From IMG/VR virus record IMGVR_UViG_3300012924_000011, positions 1 through 55,283 of that record: DNA of 55,283 nucleotides; one strand, 5' to 3'. This document shows, one piece after another, positions 55,250 to 55,283 of this stretch (positions within the stretch are counted from its first letter, which is position 1; the number at the start of each line of letters is the position of its first letter). This stretch comes from a virus. Taxonomy: Duplodnaviria; Caudoviricetes. A model generated the notes under the pieces. That model was not told the DNA's origin. It saw only the letters and a list, made by a program, of their open reading frames with translations, and made no database searches. The position numbers and the translations under genes were made by a program.

Positions 55250-55283
55250 TGTGATCGCATAACCAATCACCAATACCGATGCA

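Noticed and set aside
1-55283. tRNA genes or stop-codon reassignment
   Set aside because: No cloverleaf seen in the intergenic gaps by eye (tRNAscan not run). Core genes are intact in the standard code and all three stop codons are used.

Overview
The window looks like a complete or near-complete, circularly permuted genome of a lytic tailed phage (siphovirus-type), probably infecting an alphaproteobacterium (host inferred from promoter style only). On the + strand are the tail and lysis genes (1-14.9 kb), a helicase/nuclease operon (21.7-26.3 kb), a primase-helicase (28.7-31.2 kb) and the packaging/head genes (39.4-51.0 kb). On the - strand are a family-B DNA polymerase, SSB, a Cas4-like exonuclease and many small early genes, driven by nine near-identical sigma70-type promoters; some of these genes are inserted antisense inside the structural operon. 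I recognised no integrase, tRNA, CRISPR array or prohead protease. Most notable: (1) a shared N-terminal leader ending in [VI]-x-P-[VG]-A-F, or a looser variant, on portal, scaffold, capsid, tail tube and two other proteins, suggesting an undescribed proteolytic maturation or targeting system, with a C39-like peptidase as one candidate enzyme; (2) the promoter-cassette family, whose spacer box recurs inside a 32-bp inverted-repeat divergent promoter; (3) a DUF4326-like domain inserted in frame in the polymerase, in a genome that also has a macro-like/SLOG cluster; (4) covarying GGAU RNA hairpins before scaffold and capsid; (5) apparent avoidance of RGATCY and CCWGG. All family assignments are motif recognition by eye, not database searches.
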